Source: Octopus bimaculoides (Eukaryota). From it: 63,769 nucleotides of DNA. Location: positions 124,583,051-124,646,819 of the forward strand of contig NC_068984.1 of the NCBI RefSeq assembly GCF_001194135.2, in the 5' to 3' direction. Under the pieces are notes generated by a model. It saw nothing but the letters and a program-made list of their open reading frames with translations. It did no database searches and was not told the DNA's origin. Below, in pieces: positions 12,866-25,200 of this stretch (the stretch's first letter is position 1; every line of letters starts with the position of its first letter). A program made the translations under genes and the position numbers.

Positions 12866-13888
12866 TGTGTGTGTCTGTGTGTGTGTGTGTGTTTCTCTAG
12901 GCGTGTTGTGGATATGCCATTTTGTATGTATGCGTCTGTATTTTTGATAATCAAGTCATTACCACTGGGAACAGAGTAAGTAACGCCACTCAGAAACACA
13001 CGAAACACACACATAGCTACAGACGTGAACGCACGCGCAAATTGCGCTTTCGCAGCAGACATATTCTCACGCGTGGGCACACGATAGAGAGGGCACACGG
13101 CACGCGCTGACTGAGCACAATAACAGTCCATGGAACGCCAGGATTTTGGTAACATTAGAGAGAATATTGTGGATGTAGATGGTTGTGGTTTTGGTAATAG
13201 CGGGGCCTCACCCACTTCTTTGTCATATCTTTATTCACGCTAGAGTTTGTGTCTAATAATGGCGAGGGAATTGTGAAGGCATTTGAAAAAATAATGCTAA
13301 GGGAAATAATATCAAGGGGTACGTTCAGCATTTTCTATATGATATTACAACTGTCCTGAAGGTTGTGTTGTTTTCAATTATTCAGTTTTCAATCATTCAG
13401 CGAGGCTGTAAGCAAAGACGTTCCGTTCGAAAAGTCACCAACTAGTATTGACATAGGAATTACCTAGAACTATACTTGAAAAAATGTGATCTTTTTGAAA
13501 GATGATAGGATGTAATTTGAGGAAGCTTTGGGAGCTATTTCTAGCCAGTAAAAACTTCTTTGTTGGTCCACCTTCAGCATTCTACTTTATTCAGGATACG
13601 TAATATAAGTAGGTATATCTATCTATATATATATATGCAAAACGAATAGAGTATTTTTAAAAACTTTCTCTGAAACTAATAAATTTTTTGTTACATACAA
13701 AAAAAAAAAAGTGCAGCGGAATCGTGTCACTGACTTCCAGGATCGATATACGACGGTACACTTTAATAGTTAATGCTATTCAATCTGTTACTTTTATGGA
13801 ACCGCTGAATTAGGGGGACGCAAACAAACGAATACCGGTTTTCAAGCTGTAAGGGAATAAACACAAAATCACATGCATACATCACTCT

Positions 13889-13935
<47 letters not shown>

Positions 13936-14456
13936 TCTCTCTCTCTGCACACACAGACACACACACACGTATATATATATACATATCATACGATGGACTT
14001 CCACGCAGTTTCTGTCTACCAAATTCAATCACAAACTTCAGTCGGCCTGTTGAAAACACTTGCTCAACAAGGTGCTGTGCAGTGGGACTAAACTGATAAC
14101 AACGTAGTTTCGAATTGCATTTCTTAACCACACAGCCATGAGTTTGTTTGAAACATAACCAGTCCTACTATGATGCAATTCTTTCGGCTTCAACACATGA
14201 TGATCCGATATCAGGTTACTTGCCAAACACAAACTCATTCAAATGAAAATGTGAAAAAAAAAAAAAATGAAAATTTAATGCATGTATTAGTCAACGTTTT
14301 AGAGGTTTGAGCAAATGGCAGTTGGATAACGTTTTGTTACATGACGTTTGCTTCACAGTGTAGGATACATAACTATATATATTATAGGATGTATGTTATA
14401 TAAGGTGTGTTAAACCTAGTATAGCTGGTACGAGAGCTTAAAGTGAGATAAATTAA

Positions 14457-14669
14457 ATATTGGTTTCAAATTTTGGTACAAGACCAACAATTTCAGGGGA
14501 GGGGACAAGTCGATTACAACGTCCCCAATGCTCAACTGGTACTTATTATATTGACCCCGAAAGGATGAAAAGCAAAGTCGACCACGGCAGAATTTGAACT
14601 CAGAACGTAAAGACAGACGAAAGGCCACGAGGCATTTTGCTCGGCGTGCTAACGATTTTGCCAGCTCAC
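14457..14669 (-). mobile_element. tRNA-derived SINE, family A
   Basis: Head plus the CCTTTCGGGGTCAATATAATAAGTACCAGT central domain on the minus strand. Confidence 0.88.
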
Positions 14670-14867
14670 AGACTTAGATAAATTAGATATTGAAAGGTAA
14701 CCTTTATATCCAAATTAACGTGGATGCTTTGTTGGAACACCGAACACTGCAGTATTAACCTTGAGAGATCCTTTCAGACATCCATGTTAAGTTGGATATA
14801 AAGATTACATTAATAGAAAAATTGTTATTTCTAAATCTCTCAACGAGAGACATTTAGTAACAGTACT

Positions 14868-15125
14868 TTAAAATAAAGATTATTTGCCAACATAATGTGG
14901 CAGTCCCGGTTGGTACGAATGATACTGTTATTTAACCCCAGGAAACATCGTCTCCGGTTGGCTACACGACACACTATCTGTGTCCTTATTTTTTCGAACA
15001 AATATAGGGTACACACAGATAGTGTGTCGTGTAACCTGCTGGAGACGCTGTTTCCTGGGGCTAAAGAACAGTAACAGTACCAACCGGGCCTGCCACATGA
15101 TGTTGACAAATAATTTTTATCTTAA
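14868..15125. mobile_element. Fold-back (palindromic) MITE-like element
   Basis: The left ~125-bp arm is the reverse complement of the right arm. Examples: CCCCAGGAAAC vs GTTTCCTGGGG, ACACGACACACTATCTGTG vs CACAGATAGTGTGTCGTGT. The loop is about 7 nt. Confidence 0.9.
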
Positions 15126-16289
15126 AAATTACATTCCTTCGCTTTAAACATTGCTGAACAATTTTCAAGGACGTCTTCTGCATGTAGAACAGTGCTTAAT
15201 TGAACGAAAGATCGTCAATAGTTATACCCAAAATATATGAATGCTTTTTTATGTATTGAAATAGGCTGAGGCACCTAAGTATCAATAAATTATAACTGGA
15301 AATAATCTAGGCTTTGGCGAAGACGTTGACTCTAGTCATGTTCCTGTCTTATTAGACCTTTTCATTTAAGCATAGTAATTTGTTATGTCTGCCAAATAAA
15401 TGCCTTACTGAGATGATCTGGTGAGCAGCATACAAAGTCGACGTGAAATGCTCGCGATGTAAGGTCTGTTTCAGAGTTTGACAATGGATTTGTGGGACGA
15501 ATTAATGTTATAAAATGTCATTAAATATGACTTAAGTAATCAATCAACGTTTCTTTTTTATGTTTCAACGCACCCTCGAACATGTTGCTATTGGATGGGC
15601 TTGTCATTCAACACCATATCGGTTCGACAATTAGATTCTATTCATTTGCCATTTACTTTAGAAATATGAGAAACAGAGAATGGTGGCAATATTTAACGCC
15701 ACAACTTTATACTTCATCTCTGTCAAGACTGATACCGCTGTAATAGTAGCAATAGAAAATAAGGAGAGAAGAGACACAACACCTTAAAGGTCAGAGATCA
15801 GAAGATACTTAGGACGGATTTAATGCCAATTAGTCGAAAAGTCATTCTCTGGTTGAAGCTTCTTCTTTTATAAATAGCCGCAACATAATGGCCATAGAGA
15901 ATAATGTCAATACATAGCGCCACAACTTCACATTCATTTCGGTCATGATTGATGTCTCTGAATTTGAATATTCTTGTATGTATGTATGTATGTATGTTGA
16001 TCCATAGCGTGGACGTCGTTCTTAACCTTTTTGAGGACCATTGAGCCAGATTGGAAGAAAAGAGGTTAAACCCAATCCGGACATCGGATCCTAAGTTTTG
16101 TAACAAAGTAGATTCTGCTAGAGTAGCTTAGGATTAGACTGAAACGTTTAAAGGGCAGTAGATATCATTTGGTATAAGCAGCAATGTGATATCATTTTAA
16201 CTTCTGAGTTCAAATTAAAAAAGCTTAACTTTGCTTCTCATCTTCATTATATTTTTCTTTGATTTTATTTGTTGAGTCTAGGAAGTAGT

Positions 16290-16835
16290 ACCTTACAGAA
16301 CTTCCGGATTCAGTATGCTTTATACCGTTAAGGTTCCATTTAAAATGTTGTAGATCAATACCTGCAGAAAAGATATGAGAAGAGATGAGTTTCCTGAGGG
16401 ATGACGTATTGAAAGGAAGGACTGGATATTGTTGATTAGTACGAGGCCTGGAAGGCAGACGCAAGGTGACAGTAGATGGAGAGACGAATGGATCAGGAGT
16501 GCTTGAAAAGGTTGCGAGCACAGCAAGATCAGAGAAACAATGCTCATTATTGTTGCAAGAGAAAAGAAAGATAGAGAGGAAATAAAGTACGCCAATAGGT
16601 TTTAGAGGCAATGGAAGAATGTCTTTGAGTGGTTTAACATCAATCTGTCCAAAGGTCCTCTAGCTGCAGTCAAGAATAAGGTGCAGTGCTCTTTTGTGAT
16701 CCTCACTTGAGTTTTGGAAAGCGTTGTGGGGTGCTGTGTACAGGATGTACAAGGCTAGCCAACTCAGAGGCACAGTTGAGATAGAAAGGACAAAGAGAGG
16801 AAATAGCACACGTCTGGACCAGAGGCTAGAATACG
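16290..16835 (-). mobile_element. CR1-clade LINE ORF2 C-terminus, heavily decayed
   Basis: Peptides QIDVKPLKDILPL, EHCFSDLA and RPRTNQQY...HIFSAGIDLQHFKWNLNGIKHT resemble CR1 ORF2 tails (CSSELA...PRTN...FP...DLQ.FK). Recognition is by eye. Confidence 0.55.
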
Positions 16836-16947
16836 AATGTAGTGATTTAAAGCCAGTCAGTTGAGAAACTCTTCTGTGGATGTAAATCTAGACGCTTCAT
16901 ATAATATGTAATGTCATATAATATGTAATGGTAATATACTTAATTTT

Positions 16948-17160
16948 AAGGTGGCGAGCTGGCAGAATCGCCAGCACCGCCAAGAAAAATACTTAGCAGT
17001 ATTTTGTCCATCTTTATCTTATGATTTCAAATCCCACCGCGGTCACTTTGCCTTTCATCCTGTCAGGATAGATAAAATAAGTACCAGTTGATAACTGGGG
17101 TCGATCTGATTAACTAGCCTTTTCCCCTGACTGACTCATCTTGCTCCAAAATATGAAATC
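16948..17160 (+). mobile_element. tRNA-derived SINE, family A, diverged
   Basis: AAGGTGGCGAGCTGGCAGAATCG head and CTTTGCCTTTCATCC domain. Confidence 0.85.
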
Positions 17161-17576
17161 AATATACTTAGCAACATGGTTCGATAACCGGAAGTTGCAG
17201 CCAGTACCGACCGACTCATCATTAATTCAATAGCACAATTAACAAAGAAAAACGTAATTCGGTTTGAGCGCTGTTCCACACAAGTTCAAACACCACTTCT
17301 ATGATAATATAGGGCCACTGCATATTTTTGTCTAATATTTTAATGTCATTATAACATAAGTTCAGTTTATGGCAGTGATTGTGACCGAGTCGCTACACAT
17401 TTTATTCTTTTACGGTTTTTTTTTTTGAGAAGTGTTAAAGATTTAGTTTAGTTCAGTTTAATTTTAGTTAATTATATCGACAAAGTAAAACCGACAAAAT
17501 TGCCTCCGGCATAAAATCGCGTAACCCATACGTAACACAACACAAGGTATTTTTATTCAATGCACCTATAAATCTA

Positions 17577-17609
<33 letters not shown>

Positions 17610-18329
17610 CTCCTTCTCTCTCTCTCCTTCTCCCCCTCTCTCTCTCTCTCACACACACACATGCACAAACATACAGCATTTTCTCTATCAAATCTCATTC
17701 TAAATCTTTGGTCAGTTCGAAGCTGTAATACAGCTATGGGCAAACTGCAACCCGTAAAACTTTCTGAATAGCACACCCAACGAAAATTCCTGGAATTTCT
17801 ATTTTACTAGTGCGGCCCACCTGATAATGAGCCATACCGTATGAGGCCCACTTCTCGAAAAAGATTGCCCATACCTACTATAGTTGAAGAAATTTGACCA
17901 AAATACTTCCCAAAGTAGTATCGAAACCTGAACGACGTGTTTTTGAACCAAAATTCTTAACCATACACTCATATCCAAGCCCGTACACCCCACTCACTTC
18001 CCTGGACAATTTACAACGAAAAATCTACAAAGTTGTTTTATAAAACTAGATTTATGATGTCATTAAGTCTAGTCATGTCAACAATGAAACAACAATATTT
18101 ACGTTTTCTCTCACAATATTTATCTTGAATATATTTCATATATATATAAACTGACATCAAAAGAACAAAAGAACATGATATATCCTAAATACATAATATA
18201 GAAACGAAATAACATTGTAAATGTTATCACATCGTATAACGACCAATTTGAGACAAAGAAAAAAAAAAGAAGTAACATGGCTCACAGAGCGACAGACTCG
18301 ATCTCCTTTGTCCTCTTTTGCTCACACAC

Positions 18330-18334
18330 ACATA

Positions 18335-18373
<39 letters not shown>

Positions 18374-19200
18374 TCTCTCTCACTTCTCTCTCTCAAACTC
18401 ACAGTTCATCAGTTACACTCTGTATTTTTGACTTCTATTTTTTCCATCTTTCTTTTTCTCCTTTCTTTTTCTTCTTTCTTTTTCTTCTTTCTTTTTCTTT
18501 CTTTCATTTTCTTTTCTTTCTCTTTCAGTTTCTCTCACTGTATGTGCACACACAGACACACACACAGACACACACACATACATATTCACACCCGCATTGC
18601 TCCCACAATCAACTGTCTCTTTATATTTATCTGTTCGTCACACTCTCTCTTTCTCAATCTCTCTTTCTCTCTCTCCCTTTCTTAATCTCCATTTCTCTCT
18701 CTCTCTCTCTTTCTATCTCTCTCTCTCTCTCTCTTTCTCTCCCTCTTTCTCTTTCTTTTCTCTATATTTCGACTCGTCTGTCATCAGTGACGCATTTTCT
18801 GTTAATATCACTCTTACGCTTTCACTCCTCCTTTCTTTCACTTCCTTATACCCCACCCCATCTCCCCCTCTCTCTGTCTTTCACTTTCTCACTCTTTTCT
18901 CTGTTCTTCTGTCTATCTGTCGGCGATAGTGTGTCTCCTCTCTCTATTTAATTTCTCTCTTCCTATCTTTTTATTTTCGCTGATCTTAGCACTTTCCAGA
19001 CTCCCTCAATAACGTCGTTTTATATTGCCTTTCTGTCTTTCACTCTCTCTCTCTCTCTTCCTCAATCTCTCACTCTTCTTATCCCCCCTCCCTATTTTCC
19101 CTCTCTCTTCCTCTCTCACTCTTCTTCTCTCCTACCCACCCCTCTCTCTCCATGTGTATCTCTCTTCAGTTATTTCTTTCCCCTCCACCTGCATCTTACA
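18330..19200. repeat. Long CT-rich low-complexity / (CT)n region
   Basis: Directly visible. Source of the S/L/F-rich ORFs. Confidence 0.95.
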
Positions 19201-19301
19201 CCTCTTCTTCCGTTTACCACTCATCCGTCCAGACATTCGAAGCATTTACACAGCAATAAGAAGAGATTTAGAAATTAAGAAGGACAAAAATCACTTTAGA
19301 C

Positions 19302-19550
19302 CAGTGGTTCTCAACCGGGATTCAAGATATACCTGAGGGTCCATATAAGATTTTGGTAGGGTCCACGCAACAAAATAGTAAGTGGAGGATCCACATTAGT
19401 ATTTTAAGGGCCCCTGAAAACATTTTGCTTTAGATGTATGCATTGGTATGTATTGTAAGAAACAGCAAGGTTTCTTTCTTTAACATTTTACATAATTTAA
19501 CCTACACAAGTTAATGCATGAAAAACAAAATAGGAATTTTGAAAGAAGTT
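19302..19550 (+). mobile_element. hAT (Charlie-like) non-autonomous element, 5' part
   Basis: Starts CAGTGGTTCTCAACC after CTTTAGAC (NTCTAGAN-like target). Interrupted by a SINE. Confidence 0.6.
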
Positions 19551-19785
19551 TCTTATTTCTTGATTGCCCACAAGGGGCTAAATATAGAGGGGACAAACAA
19601 GAACAGGCAAAGGTATTAAGTCGATTATATCGACCCCAGTGCGTAACTGGTACTTAATTTATCGACCCCGAAAGGATTAAAGGCAAAGTCGACCTCGGCG
19701 GAATTTGAACTCAGATCGTAACGGCAGACGAAATACCGCTAGGCATTTCGCCCGGCGCGCTAACGTTTCTGCCAGCTCGCCGCCT
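19551..19785 (-). mobile_element. tRNA-derived SINE, family A, near full length
   Basis: Complete head, central GTCGACTTTGCCTTT..CCTTTCGGGGTCGATAAATTAAGTACCAGT domain (resembles the Meta-SINE domain, inference) and tail A. Confidence 0.93.
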
Positions 19786-20324
19786 ATCTATCTAGCTCGC
19801 TAGCTATCTATGTGTCTGTCTGTATGTCTGTCTGTTTGTCTATCTATCCCTCTACGCACATATCCAACCATCTTACATGCTACAACCCGTATCACACTCT
19901 GTATGTATCCTGCAAGCACCCCCTCTCACTTCTCTCCCTTTACATCTTACTCTCTACTCATTACTATCCGACCTTCATTCCACAACTCCCTCCCTCTAAC
20001 AACACATCAGGTCTTATGCTGGACAGGTGACATATAATAATAACAATGTTAATGTCATAGGAAACTTCTTAATTGAATAAACCACATTCACCTGCAAACA
20101 CTGGCTTAGCTCGTGAAGCTTAGCTTGCCTTCTCACCTTCTCATTGACTACGAATTTATTTTCTAACCAATCAGAAGCTATCTAGATCTTTCCTAGCAGT
20201 GTACACGGTTTCATTCATAAAATTGATTATTTTGTGATCTATTCAATGACAATGACGATAACGTCGAAAATAGTAACACCACCACCAGCGGCAGCAGCAG
20301 CAGTAGCAACAGCAGTAGCAGTGA

Positions 20325-20775
20325 TAATCCTTTCTATTATAGGCATAAGAGCTGAAAATTTGGGAGAAGGGACACGTTATTAACATTGAGCCCAGTGTTC
20401 AACCGGTACCTATTTTACGGACCGCGAAAGGATAAAAGGTAAAGTCGACCTCGATGGAATTTGAACACAGAACGTAAGGACGGATGAAATACCGCAAAGC
20501 ATTTTTTCGCGGGATGCTAACGATTCCACCACCTCGTCGCCTTATGAAGTAGTAATAATCCTTTCTACTAAAGGCACAAGGCCTGAAGTTTAGGTGGAGG
20601 ACGGGGTCTAGTCGATTACGTGGACTCAATGTTTCACTAGTACTTAATTTATCGACCCTGAAAGGGTAAAAGGTAAAGTCGACCTTGGCGGAATTTGAAC
20701 TCAGAACCTAAGAATGGACGAAATGCCACGAAGCATCATCATGCCTGCATGCTGACGATTTTGCCAATTCGCCGT
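20325..20775 (-). mobile_element. Two tandem family-A SINEs
   Basis: Copies at about 20325-20545 and 20563-20775. Confidence 0.88.
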
Positions 20776-20827
20776 TTTACAGGGTAGTAATAGTACGATT
20801 GTTTATTTGCAATACGATGTTGTTGTA

Positions 20828-21215
20828 AGACGGCGAGCTGGCAGAAACGTTAGAACGCCGGGCGAAATGCTTACCGGTATTTCGTCTGTCTTTACGTTCT
20901 GGGTTCAAATTCCGCCGCGGTCGACTTTGCCTTTCATCCTTTCGGGGTCGATTAAATAAGTACCAGTTACGCACTGGGGTCGATAGAACCGACTTAATCC
21001 GTTTGTCTATCCTTGTTTGTCCCCTCTGGGTAGTAAAGAAATAAGAAACGTTAGCACGCCGGGCGATATGCATAGCAGTGTTTCGTCTGTCTTTACGTTC
21101 TGCCTTTCATCCTTTCGGAGTCGATAAATTAAGTACCAGTTGCGTGCTGCGGTCGATCTAATCGACTGCCCCCGACCTCCCCCAAAATCTCGGGCCTTGT
21201 GCCAAGAGTAGAAAA
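20828..21215 (+). mobile_element. Dimeric family-A SINE (full monomer with tail A, then head-truncated monomer with tail B)
   Basis: Junction GTAGTAAAGAAATAAG|AAACGTTAGCACGCC at about 21035. Same architecture at 60505-60930. Confidence 0.88.
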
Positions 21216-21761
21216 GTAGAAAAGAATGTGATGTTGTTGTTGTTGTTGCTTCTGTCGTTGGTAAGTTTGCAGTCCCATGTCAGTGCAAACCGAAATGTCC
21301 TTACGTCACACAAGCAACACATGTAATCAACCGAACGGCAAGGCATGACTCTTAGATCAGCCTTCTTTCCAAGTTACACCAAATCTCCGTCTAAGGACGA
21401 TATTGTAAGTTCCAACATGCACTGCTGAAACGTGTGGTGATTTAACAGTCGGACACGTCACAATATGTCCACTCTGTAGACTTGAGATTATGGAAGCAGA
21501 CAAGGCGAACCGGTAAGACGATGAACGTTGGGATTCTACAATTACTGTTAGTAGTGTATCAGTGCAATGATTGTGGACTTAATAGTGCGTCTGTTGATTG
21601 GGCAGCTATATTTTCATGTCTTTTATTCTTTCCAGAGGGAAGTAATCCGGAGTCTACACTTACATAATTTGAACTCAGAACAAATATACCCTGACAAAAA
21701 CCGTTTAAATTATAAAAGCTTAATATCTACTATCACTTACCTGTGCTAAATTTACACTGTA

Positions 21762-22108
21762 AGGCGGCAAGCTGGCGGAATCGTATGATTAGGACACGCC
21801 TGCTGAACGAGAAATTGTCTACCTGAACCTGTGGTGTCTCTAGAACACGCCTCTTATTGTTGTTTATGCTAACGGCATTTCTTCCGACTTTCTGATTAGA
21901 GTTCAAATTCCACCCGATGTTGATACCGGGCAAAATGCTTCACGGAATTTCGTCCGTACTTACAATTCTGAGATCAAATTCCACCGAGGTCGACTTTGCC
22001 TTTTATCCTTTCGGGGTCGATAAAATAAGTACCAGTTGAACAATGGGTCGATGTAATCGACTTGCACCTCTCCCGAAATTGCTGGCCTTGTGTCAAAATT
22101 TGAAACTA
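21762..22108 (+). mobile_element. Two family-A SINEs; the first is interrupted by an ~80-bp insert
   Basis: Head AAGGCGGCAAGCTGGCGGAATCG, then the insert at about 21790-21868, then resumption with GAGTTCAAATTCC. The second copy runs about 21926-22108. Confidence 0.8.
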
Positions 22109-22554
22109 TTTTAAGTACAATGTCATAAATTCAGTGTGAGGAGTTATTAAATTTAAATGGACCTTAATACTTCACTACTATTTTATCAAACCCGGAAAAG
22201 TGAATGGGAAAATTGACTTAAGAGGGATTTGAACTCAGTTCGAAAAGAGTCGTAACTATATATACTGTAAAATATTTCGTTCGACGGCCTAAGGATTCTG
22301 CCAATCCGCTTCTCTAGCTTTGGTTTGGATAATACTGATTGGTCGAACAGGTTAGCTATTGTAATTTTACCATGTGTTTTGCATGGGAGAACATTGCATT
22401 TGTGTAGCTGTGTCTGTGTGTCCATTTAGACATATCTGCGTAGGCGAGTAGTTGTATAATGCGATAGCTATCGACGTCGTTGGCTGAAGTAGGACTGCTG
22501 TACAGGCTAATAGCAGCAAGGTAAACCGGCAGGAGAATAATAATCGATTTTCAT

Positions 22555-22975
22555 TGGGCAATAGATAACATGATGTTCTTATCTCCTTAATTCAATTGTA
22601 TATACACAACAATAGGAGGCGTACTCTATTGACATTACATAGTTTTCAAGATAGCTGCGTGTTCTCGTTCAGAATACAAACAACAATAGGAGGCGTGGTC
22701 TGTTAATAACACAAATTTAGATAGACGTTGATTCTCTTTCAAAACATAAACAACAATAGGAGGCGTGTTCTAGAGATATCACCATGTTCAGGTGGACGAA
22801 TATTCTCGTTCAGAAGGCGTATTATAAACAACAATAGACATCATGTTCTGTTGATACCACAGGGTCAGGTAGATAGATGCTTGTTTTTGTTTAGAATATA
22901 AACAATAATCAAAACAGACATTACAGGTTCAAGTAGAACGCACATGCCAACATCTAGAGTAGATAACATTTGGAA
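22555..22975 (+). repeat. Degenerate 70-78-bp minisatellite, about five units, with core AAACAACAATAGGAGGCGT
   Basis: Core starts at about 22604, 22678, 22748, 22826 and 22900. The last two are degenerate. Confidence 0.88.
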
Positions 22976-23772
22976 GCATATTCAACACGACGCGTCATGT
23001 TTGGGTTGACAGATCCTTGTTCATATCTAATTTTTATCTTTTATTTCTTTCATTCGTCACACTGCAGCCATGCTGGAGCACTCCCTTGAAGAATTAAGAA
23101 TTGTTAGCCGAATAATTGTCTTTGGATATGCTAGAAACAACAGCCAAATCGCGCTTAAATCACTCATTTTCCCTCTGAAAATATTAACAATTTTTAAAAC
23201 ATTTTTTTATTAAAAATGCTCTTCCCATGGTTTTGAAGTCCAAAAAGAAAAAAAAATTGACCGAAATATGTCCGGAGTGGGATGATGAGGGAAGGGGTGT
23301 TAAAAAAAGAGTTTACAAAACTTTTTTCATACAAAGATGCTCACCACCACCCCATCATTTCGAAGGCTGTTATTTAAAAAGAATGAGGAAAATCCCTGAA
23401 AAAAATTTCCTCTCAAATTTCTTTATAATCGTAATCTATTCCGCTTGAAAGGGATTTGTATAAATTTTCATTTCATTAAAAAATACCCTCCTTCCTGAAA
23501 GTTATGAGGGGAAAAAAATCAAATCGTGTGAATTTTCCAAAACTCCCCCCCCCCTCGGAAAAGTTCTTTCTCATAAATTCCAATATACTCTGAAGCCACA
23601 ACAATGAAAGCAATAGTTACTAAGCAATAGTTACTAAGCAAGTGATCACTGCTATATAAAAGAATGATTAGACATGAAATATTAAAATTATTAGAATTGG
23701 GAATCAAATGTGAAAATATCATCAAGGGGCCAGCAGAAAACCGCCAGGAGAGCGGCCTTAAATGTATATATA

Positions 23773-23935
23773 AGGAGTGGCCGTGTGGTAAGTAGCTTGC
23801 TTACCAACCACATGAATCCGGGTTCAGTCCCACAGCGTGGCACTTTGGGGAAGTGTCTTCTACTATAGCGTCGGGCCGACCAAAGCCTTGTGAGTGGGTT
23901 TGGTAGACGGAAACTGAAAGAAGCCCGTCGTATAT
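23773..23935 (+). mobile_element. tRNA-derived SINE, family B (5' half)
   Basis: GGAGTGGCCGTGTGGTAAG (A-box-like) and GGGTTCAGTCCC (B-box-like). Homologous to 42851-43008. Runs into (TA)n and a gap. Confidence 0.9.
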
Positions 23936-25069
23936 ATGTATATATATATATATNNNNNNNNNNNNNNNNNNNNNNNNNNNNNNNNNNNNNNNNNNNNNNN
24001 NNNNNNNNNNNNNNNNNNNNNNNNNNNNNNNNNNNNNNNNNNNNNNNNNNNNNNNNNNNNNNNNNNNNNNNNNNNNNNNNNNNNNNNNNNNNNNNNNNNN
24101 NNNNNNNNNNNNNNNNNNNNNNNNNNNNNNNNNNNNNNNNNNNNNNNNNNNNNNNNNNNNNNNNNNNNNNNNNNNNNNNNNNNNNNNNNNNNNNNNNNNN
24201 NNNNNNNNNNNNNNNNNNNNNNNNNNNNNNNNNNNNNNNNNNNNNNNNNNNNNNNNNNNNNNNNNNNNNNNNNNNNNNNNNNNNNNNNNNNNNNNNNNNN
24301 NNNNNNNNNNNNNNNNNNNNNNNNNNNNNNNNNNNNNNNNNNNNNNNNNNNNNNNNNNNNNNNNNNNNNNNNNNNNNNNNNNNNNNNNNNNNNNNNNNNN
24401 NNNNNNNNNNNNNNNNNNNNNNNNNNNNNNNNNNNNNNNNNNNNNNNNNNNNNNNNNNNNNNNNNNNNNNNNNNNNNNNNNNNNNNNNNNNNNNNNNNNN
24501 NNNNNNNNNNNNNNNNNNNNNNNNNNNNNNNNNNNNNNNNNNNNNNNNNNNNNNNNNNNNNNATATATATATATATATATATATATACAACAGTGTACAG
24601 TAGGGTCCAAGTAGGGGTTAATTCAAGTAAACTAACAGTAATAGTCTAGAAAGAGTTCCAGTGATAAACCCAGTAGAGTTCAGTGGTAATATATTACTTG
24701 TGAGGTTACTGTAGTTCCAAGTAACTAGCAGGTCGAATAGAAGACCGGGAATTCTGAGAAAGGAGAAATATGAATTTAAGCTAATTCTACCTAAAGAAAA
24801 AAATATATATACAAAAGAACTCTTAATGTCAACACCTCAAAATCTAATAAAATATTCAAAATAGGCTTTCACTGAAAGTTCAGTAAGGCAGTATGAAACC
24901 GGGGTGACCACGGAGCATATATTATATGTGGTACAAAAAAAAAAAGACAAAAGTGGTGAAAAAACAAAAATAAACACAGTGTAATTGGTTGACGCCTAGG
25001 AAAACGGCAAGAAGTCTCTAAGGTTTCCAGCATGCGATGGCCGACTAATTGAGACACGCTTGTTCTTTT

Positions 25070-25200
25070 CCTCTTTATTTTTATTTCTCCGCTGAAGAGC
25101 ATAGGCTCGAAATGTTAAATACGTCATCCAATCTTCCTGAGTGTCAACCTGATACACACAGTTTGTTGCATTTTTTTACACCGTCTTCATGTTTTTTAAA
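25070..25200 (+). mobile_element. Penelope-like terminal-repeat remnant with degenerate hammerhead motif
   Basis: CCGCTGAA-GAGC-ATAG-GCTC-GAAAT-GTTA at 25089-25117, followed by TTCCTGAGTGT shared with other copies. Confidence 0.55.

Noticed and set aside
11713-12975. In-phase plus-strand exon candidates (about 11713-11777 and 12901-12975)
   Set aside because: Splice sites are plausible but the joined peptide is unrecognisable, and such pairs are expected by chance in 60 kb.
22555-22975. CRISPR array interpretation
   Set aside because: Spacers are homologous to each other, the repeat is non-palindromic, there are no cas genes and the context is eukaryotic.
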